Source of the DNA: Halobacteriovoraceae bacterium
GTDB lineage: Bacteria > Bdellovibrionota > Bacteriovoracia > Bacteriovoracales > Bacteriovoracaceae
NCBI GenBank assembly: GCA_963719505.1
Contig: CAVRCF010000001.1
Span: forward strand, 800,001 to 864,000
Length of the DNA: 64,000 nt
Direction of reading: 5' to 3'
A program made the translations under genes and the position numbers. Positions 59,279 to 64,000 of the stretch are shown piece after piece. The notes below the pieces were generated by a model that worked only from the letters and a program-made list of their open reading frames with translations, was not told the DNA's origin and made no database searches. Numbering within the stretch: the first letter of the stretch is position 1; each line of letters opens with the position of its first letter.

Positions 59279-59436
59279 CTCCATTTCTTATAAGCCTTAG
59301 ACGACTTAATTATCATCTTCACAGAGCACAAAAGTGACTCCACATACTAAAACAACGTTGTGGGTGGGGAGTCACTTTTATGCGTCGTGAAAAACTGAAT
59401 GAAATTAAAGAGTTGTAAGCCACTTTGAAAATGGAG
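59279..59436 (-). other. Long imperfect hairpin upstream of xis-int (candidate structured RNA leader or cruciform)
   Basis: Nested complementary blocks: 12-bp perfect core AAAAGTGACTCC/GGAGTCACTTTT and outer CTCCATTT/AAATGGAG. Confidence 0.6.
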
Positions 59437-59816
59437 TTCACCAAATCTACCTCAAGTCACCATCAAGTCTACCGCTAGGTGACACCCCATTTACGTCTAG
59501 TTAACTCTTAGTTTCACTGAAAGCTTTACTTACTTTCGTGGATTAATAGTCAAGAATGGTGCCAATATAGAGTCGATTGGAGCGATCATAGTTTCAGATA
59601 CTTGAGTAGGGATAGAGCTTAGGTAGTTATACTTTTCATAATTTTGAGTTATAAAAAGTATAAGTTTTGGAGTTGTAAGAAGGGGACTTCTAGCAATATG
59701 ATTTTGTAGTCAGTCTTTGATTGTTATTTATTTTTATTTCAGTTTTTATTTCAGTTTTTATTCTTTTTACTCGGACTTAGCGAGTCCGAATCAGAAGTTT
59801 CAGCTATAAAAATATC

Positions 59817-61112
59817 TTAATAAACTTCTGCGGTATAATTTCCATCAGAGTTGTACTCATCGAAGTCATCTTGTGCTAGATGATTACCTTTAAAAGCTTT
59901 AATTAATACTTCTTTAATTTTAGATTTTTCAATTAGAGATCCAAACATTGCAGTATCATACAAAGGGCCATGACTATTTTGATTCATCTTAACGACATAT
60001 GATCTAACACCTTTCGACTTATAAACATTATTAATAAATAATAAATCATCAAAATATCCGTCGAAGTAACCTTGAAAGAAATACACTGGACTTTTTAACT
60101 CTAAATTCCCTATATTGAGTGTTTTATTGAATGCCGTAGAATTTATAGAACAGTCAAAGTCCTCATAATCATATATACATCCAAATTCGTCGTTACTTGT
60201 TATAAGTTCGGTTGTCCAACTAGGCTCCCAGACATAGTTGATCGCACCTTCAAAAACATGCTTGCCTCTTGCCGAATAAATTTTTTCAAAATTATAATAT
60301 GCATCCTCATATAGAGAGCCTTCGTCGAAGTCTAAATATAGATTTTCAATAGAAGCTTTAATTTTATCCAACGTGAATGGTACTTTGAGTTGTTTTTTCA
60401 CTGCATCATGAATAATCGCAAGCCCTTTATATCCAAAGTTATTTGTAAAAGCGTAAATCAATTCCTCATACTTTTCAAAGAGATCTTCTGGTAAGCTGTA
60501 ATCCTTAAATATAGACTCATCCCATGACTTTAATGCAGGATTTTTCGAAAATGAATCCACCTTGCTTTGTTCAAAGAAGTGTATTCCCGCGGGCCCATCA
60601 ATAACTGTAGATGTAGTATTCTTAGCGAACATCTCTGAATATTTCAAACTTATGGGGGTCCCAAATGAACTACCGTAAACACTCCAAGTAGAAATCTGGA
60701 TAGCATTGCGAATTTCATTCATATCTCGTGCTGTATTTTCTAAGCTGTAAAAGGATAGACTACTTTGATCCTTAAAAGAGTTTGGCCGAGAGCAGACATA
60801 CCCTCTTTGATCAAAAAAAACTATATTATAGTCCTTATTAATCTCATCTAGAAGTGAGTGATAATAATGGCTAGTTCCTCCTGGTCCACCATCAACTCTA
60901 ATAATTGTTGGCTTTAGAGGATCGTATTTTTTTCCTAAAAACCAATAGTATAACCCAAAGGTTCCTTTATTAGGTGAGGCGTAACTGACTGGAACTTGAA
61001 TCCATTCTCCACCTTCAATAGGTGCGATATCTTTGCAGTAATCAGTACCACTCTGATAATTATCATTAGCAAATATGGTCAAGCTAAACATCAATATAAA
61101 ATACTTAATCAT
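59817..61112 (-). CDS. Secreted alpha/beta hydrolase (S33/prolyl aminopeptidase or TAP-like)
   Basis: ATG 61112 after AGAGGA; signal peptide; GGPGG, FDQRG, GSSFG nucleophile and C-terminal His (NSHGP). Confidence 0.82.
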   Translation of the reverse strand: MIKYFILMFSLTIFANDNYQSGTDYCKDIAPIEGGEWIQVPVSYASPNKGTFGLYYWFLGKKYDPLKPTIIRVDGGPGGTSHYYHSLLDEINKDYNIVFFDQRGYVCSRPNSFKDQSSLSFYSLENTARDMNEIRNAIQISTWSVYGSSFGTPISLKYSEMFAKNTTSTVIDGPAGIHFFEQSKVDSFSKNPALKSWDESIFKDYSLPEDLFEKYEELIYAFTNNFGYKGLAIIHDAVKKQLKVPFTLDKIKASIENLYLDFDEGSLYEDAYYNFEKIYSARGKHVFEGAINYVWEPSWTTELITSNDEFGCIYDYEDFDCSINSTAFNKTLNIGNLELKSPVYFFQGYFDGYFDDLLFINNVYKSKGVRSYVVKMNQNSHGPLYDTAMFGSLIEKSKIKEVLIKAFKGNHLAQDDFDEYNSDGNYTAEVY

Positions 61113-61396
61113 TTCTGAAATTCCTCTTTTAATAATTGTCTTACAACACTTTTCTTGAAGCTTGATAGAAAATGACAAAATTTGAAAATAATTCAAAAGA
61201 ATCTGAATCAGCAAGTTGAAAATATATGAATTGTAGCTCTCTTTTCTCTGTAGAGTAAGAATAACAATCTCAAAAGTAATTCTCTGTGATGGTGTATGGG
61301 GCATTCTTTTAATATCTACTATCAGGTAAGTTTCAATCAGGCTCAACTCTTAGCAGCAGCTTTATCTCACGATTAAGAGATCTTTAAGACTATCTA

Positions 61397-61729
61397 CTAT
61401 TCATCAACAGTATAAGTCGGCATTGAATTATTAGGGTATATGTCTTTATTAAGCATTCTATTGTCAATAACATCAAGTAAATAGATTATTTGGTGTTTAG
61501 TTAATTTGAAAAAGAGTCTGTATCTTCCACCTGAAAAAGGCCACGATTGATCACCTGTTTTTGGATGAGGAGCCGGTGTTGTAGGGTTCTGTTTAATAAA
61601 TTGAACTACGTTATCATGAGCATCAATAAAGCTCTCAACTTGCATGATATCTTCTGTAGATTCAAAAATAAAATCTTCTATCTCTGTTAAAGACTTTAGG
61701 TATAGCTTTGTTGCTTTAACCTTTGTCAC
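61397..61729 (-). CDS. RelE/ParE-family toxin
   Basis: YLKSLTEIEDFI, GRYRLFFK and YLLDVIDNR segments; coupled to the upstream antitoxin. Confidence 0.7.
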   Translation of the reverse strand: MTKVKATKLYLKSLTEIEDFIFESTEDIMQVESFIDAHDNVVQFIKQNPTTPAPHPKTGDQSWPFSGGRYRLFFKLTKHQIIYLLDVIDNRMLNKDIYPNNSMPTYTVDE

Positions 61730-61980
61730 TATGCTTTAAACCTTTTAAGTCTATTTTCTTTTGTTGGAAGTTCTTCAATTTCATCATCCAAAATATTGGC
61801 CATAGAGAGAAGACGTTTTTGAAGAGACATAATCTCCAGCTGCATTTTTGAGTATTGATCTTCATTTAAAAGGATGTAGTTCTCACCAGACCTTCTTTGA
61901 ATTCTAATAGGCTCTTGAGATGCTAAATCTAAGTAGTCTTTCATCTCGGCTCTTAATGTTTTTGGTGTTGTATTTTCCAT
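61729..61980 (-). CDS. Phd/YefM-family antitoxin
   Basis: TPKTLRAEMKDYLDLASQEPIRIQRRSGENYILL; GGAG SD before ATG 61980. Confidence 0.78.
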   Translation of the reverse strand: MENTTPKTLRAEMKDYLDLASQEPIRIQRRSGENYILLNEDQYSKMQLEIMSLQKRLLSMANILDDEIEELPTKENRLKRFKA

Positions 61981-62050
61981 AAAAACTCCTTCAAAACTAT
62001 AGTACCACAAAGTGTACACCTAAGAAAGGCTAAGAGTGAAAATTACAATC

Positions 62051-62076
62051 AAACTTCGACTACATATTGACTACAT
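62051..62076 (+). repeat. Putative integrase arm-type sites, right end
   Basis: AAAC-TTCGACTACAT-ATTGACTACAT. Confidence 0.65.
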
Positions 62077-62192
62077 TGGATAGAAATAACCCGAAATACA
62101 CCAAAAAGAACAGTACTCAAAGATGAGTTAACTCTATGTTATTATTAATAAAAGTGAATGATTTTAAAAACTTGTAAAACTACCTTAAGGCA

Positions 62193-62256
62193 CTCATAAC
62201 CCGAAGGTCGTTGGTTCGAATCCAGCTCCCGCAACCATTTAAATTCAATAATTTCA
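62193..62256 (+). repeat. attR (displaced 3' fragment of tRNA-fMet)
   Basis: Identical to 57625-57688; starts exactly at the anticodon loop. Confidence 0.92.
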
Positions 62257-62264
62257 GATCATAT

Positions 62265-62289
62265 AGCCACTTTCACAAGTGGCTTTTTT
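62265..62289 (+). terminator. Original tRNA terminator
   Basis: AGCCACTT-TCAC-AAGTGGCT plus T run. Confidence 0.75.
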
Positions 62290-62397
62290 GTTTCTCTTAT
62301 GACTATTTTCATCAAAGCCTACCCTGTAAATTTATCTCTTAGTCTTTCCCCAAGTGATCAACAAGAGTATAACTCCTTTAAATAAAAGGAGATTTTT

Positions 62398-62802
62398 ATG
62401 AAATATATTTTGGCCCTAATGGTCGTTTTCTCTACAAGTGTTTTGTCTGCTGAAATTGAAGATGGAAATTTTGAAATAGCTTTCGATGGATATGTGAGCA
62501 CAATTAGTCGCTGTTCAACTTTTACTGATGGTCGCGTGGTCGGTATCTCTAATTCACAAACAGCACCTTTGACCTTTACCTATGAAATGGAAGTGCCTGC
62601 TCAAACAGATTTATCTGTTGAATCTTTTTCTACGACAAAAAAATTGGGAGCACTCTCAGCTGAAGGTTTCTGTGCAGCTCAAAACCTTTTAAGTTCACTT
62701 GAAATCACATACACGAAATCTTTGAACACTGTTAGCATGAGCTACAAATATAGATGTAACAGAAAACTTGTCACCAAAACAGTTTCTTGTTCACAAATCT
62801 AG
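62398..62802 (+). CDS. Small secreted hypothetical protein (4 Cys)
   Basis: AAGGAG SD; signal peptide. Confidence 0.75.
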   Translation: MKYILALMVVFSTSVLSAEIEDGNFEIAFDGYVSTISRCSTFTDGRVVGISNSQTAPLTFTYEMEVPAQTDLSVESFSTTKKLGALSAEGFCAAQNLLSSLEITYTKSLNTVSMSYKYRCNRKLVTKTVSCSQI

Positions 62803-63623
62803 AGAAGAATCAATTGGCTTTCAACGATAAAAAAAATAAATGGCTGTTCTTGTTGATGGCCATTTTTTTTGTTCCAAGCGCTCATAGTTCCATTACTAAG
62901 TCTCAGTATGATTCAATTCTCGATGAAATTTATGAAGCCTATAAACCCAAATATTCAAATGCCAAAGCGGTTTTTAAGATCAATAGATCATGGGATAATC
63001 CAAAGGTTAATGCCAAGGCAAGGATTGAGGGCAACAACTGGATTATCGACATGTGGGGAGGATATCCCAAGCATGAGATGGCCACAGTTGATGGATTCTA
63101 TGCCTTTACTTGTCACGAGATTGGTCATCACTTTGGAGGGTTTCCTTTTTGGAATGAACCCAACGCTCTTTGGGCAAGCGCAGAAGGGCAGGCGGACTAC
63201 TTTGTCACAACGAAGTGTTTGAGGATGTTGTGGAAAACCGCTAAAAATAAAACAGCTCTTGAAAATAAAAAGATTGAACCTCTTATTTTAAACAGTTGCT
63301 CAGAGCAATTTAAAAATCAAGATGATTATTATCTTTGCGTGCGTTCTGCCAACGCTGGATATGAAATGCTTGCACCCCTTGCGTATAAATTTGAAAACCT
63401 CTCTGTTGCAAAACCAAACCTATGGGTGACGACCTTCACCTTCGTCAATCAACACCCTGGAGATCAATGTCGTTTGGATACATTGTTTCAAGGTGCTCTT
63501 TGCCAGGTAGATGAAAGAGAAGACTTCGATTCTCAAGATGAAACGATAGGCGCTTGCTCTCGACTCAGTGGTCATGACCTTGGAGTAAGGCCACGTTGTT
63601 GGTTTTTACCAAGAGGTTATTAG
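62787..63623 (+). CDS. Secreted Cys-rich HExxH zinc metalloprotease (M48-like)
   Basis: VNAKA, CHEIGHH, EGQADY, HPGDQCR and RPRCW motifs; start uncertain. Confidence 0.75.
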   Translation: MFTNLEKNQLAFNDKKNKWLFLLMAIFFVPSAHSSITKSQYDSILDEIYEAYKPKYSNAKAVFKINRSWDNPKVNAKARIEGNNWIIDMWGGYPKHEMATVDGFYAFTCHEIGHHFGGFPFWNEPNALWASAEGQADYFVTTKCLRMLWKTAKNKTALENKKIEPLILNSCSEQFKNQDDYYLCVRSANAGYEMLAPLAYKFENLSVAKPNLWVTTFTFVNQHPGDQCRLDTLFQGALCQVDEREDFDSQDETIGACSRLSGHDLGVRPRCWFLPRGY

Positions 63624-64000
63624 AAACAGCTAAGAGTTGCTATTAACTGATTTTCACCCGTAAAATCTTTTCCCAGCAGTTGGCCTTTTTTGGTTTGCGA
63701 GTTGGCAATAATTCTAAACTCAGGCTTTTTTCCGTTTTTGTTGAATTTAAAATCCTTATTAAATCCAAAGTTGTCCTGAGGTCTAATCGAATCACCTCTG
63801 TCACTAGAGAAACTATCTTTTCCTATAAAAATATGAAAACCATTGAGACGATCCTGCTCGATGAGGACTTTATTATTAATTTTTGAGTCCAAATCTTTTT
63901 TAAAGAAAGTTGGATCAAAGAGGTCCTCAACCTGACAAGAAATTTTCGTCTGTGCATAGGTGGAGGTACAAAGAATAAGTGTTAAAAAGAGTATTTTCAT
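63620..64000 (-). CDS. Small secreted hypothetical protein
   Basis: Signal peptide MKILFLTLILCTSTYA; Cys near each end of the mature protein. Confidence 0.65.
   Translation of the reverse strand: MKILFLTLILCTSTYAQTKISCQVEDLFDPTFFKKDLDSKINNKVLIEQDRLNGFHIFIGKDSFSSDRGDSIRPQDNFGFNKDFKFNKNGKKPEFRIIANSQTKKGQLLGKDFTGENQLIATLSCF

Noticed and set aside
59279-59790. CRISPR array, retron msr-msd or bridge RNA in the island's non-coding region
   Set aside because: No repeat-spacer periodicity, no reverse transcriptase, and the recombinase is tyrosine-type rather than IS110
61113-61346. 78-aa N-terminal extension of the island hydrolase in the ORF track
   Set aside because: The SD and signal peptide point to ATG 61112; the extension looks like AT-rich intergenic sequence
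62193-62237. Second tRNA-Met gene
   Set aside because: Only the 3' part is present; it is the attR fragment
62398-64000. Genes right of attR as part of the island or a tandem island
   Set aside because: They lie outside the repeat, no second integrase or att is visible in the window, and they resemble host secreted proteins

Overview
AT-rich bacterial chromosomal window, most consistent with a Bdellovibrionota (Bacteriovorax/Halobacteriovorax-like) predator. This is inferred from the short flagellin, the many secreted hypothetical proteins and proteases, and the DUF3015/DUF4105 pair. (1) 1-22.9 kb is a surface-polysaccharide/O-antigen locus: many glycosyltransferases, two methyltransferases, rmlBADC, a frameshifted 2OG-Fe(II) oxygenase, a VioA/VioB-like pair, a WecF-like transferase, wzx, a wcaJ-like gene, a waaL-like gene, an inserted DUF4160/DUF2442 TA pair and ugd. 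(2) 23-39 kb holds a 993-aa lipoprotein behind a sigma54-like promoter, a GAD/CSAD-like decarboxylase, an M64 peptidase, a triply frameshifted subtilase, galE, DUF4105/DUF3015, queC, and a VTC-domain/DUF4956/CotH-kinase operon, which is the best candidate for an uncharacterised system. (3) 39-57.5 kb holds a SWIM-SNF2 ATPase, trmB-dnaG-rpoD, flagellin, outer-membrane proteins, and S2P-scpA-scpB-rluB, with several sigma28 promoters. (4) 57.6-62.3 kb is a complete ~4.6-kb tyrosine-integrase element in tRNA-fMet, bounded by 64-bp att repeats. It carries arm-like repeats, a ~160-nt hairpin upstream of xis-int, a secreted alpha/beta hydrolase and a Phd/RelE TA pair. All product calls come from motif recognition by eye; no database search was run.
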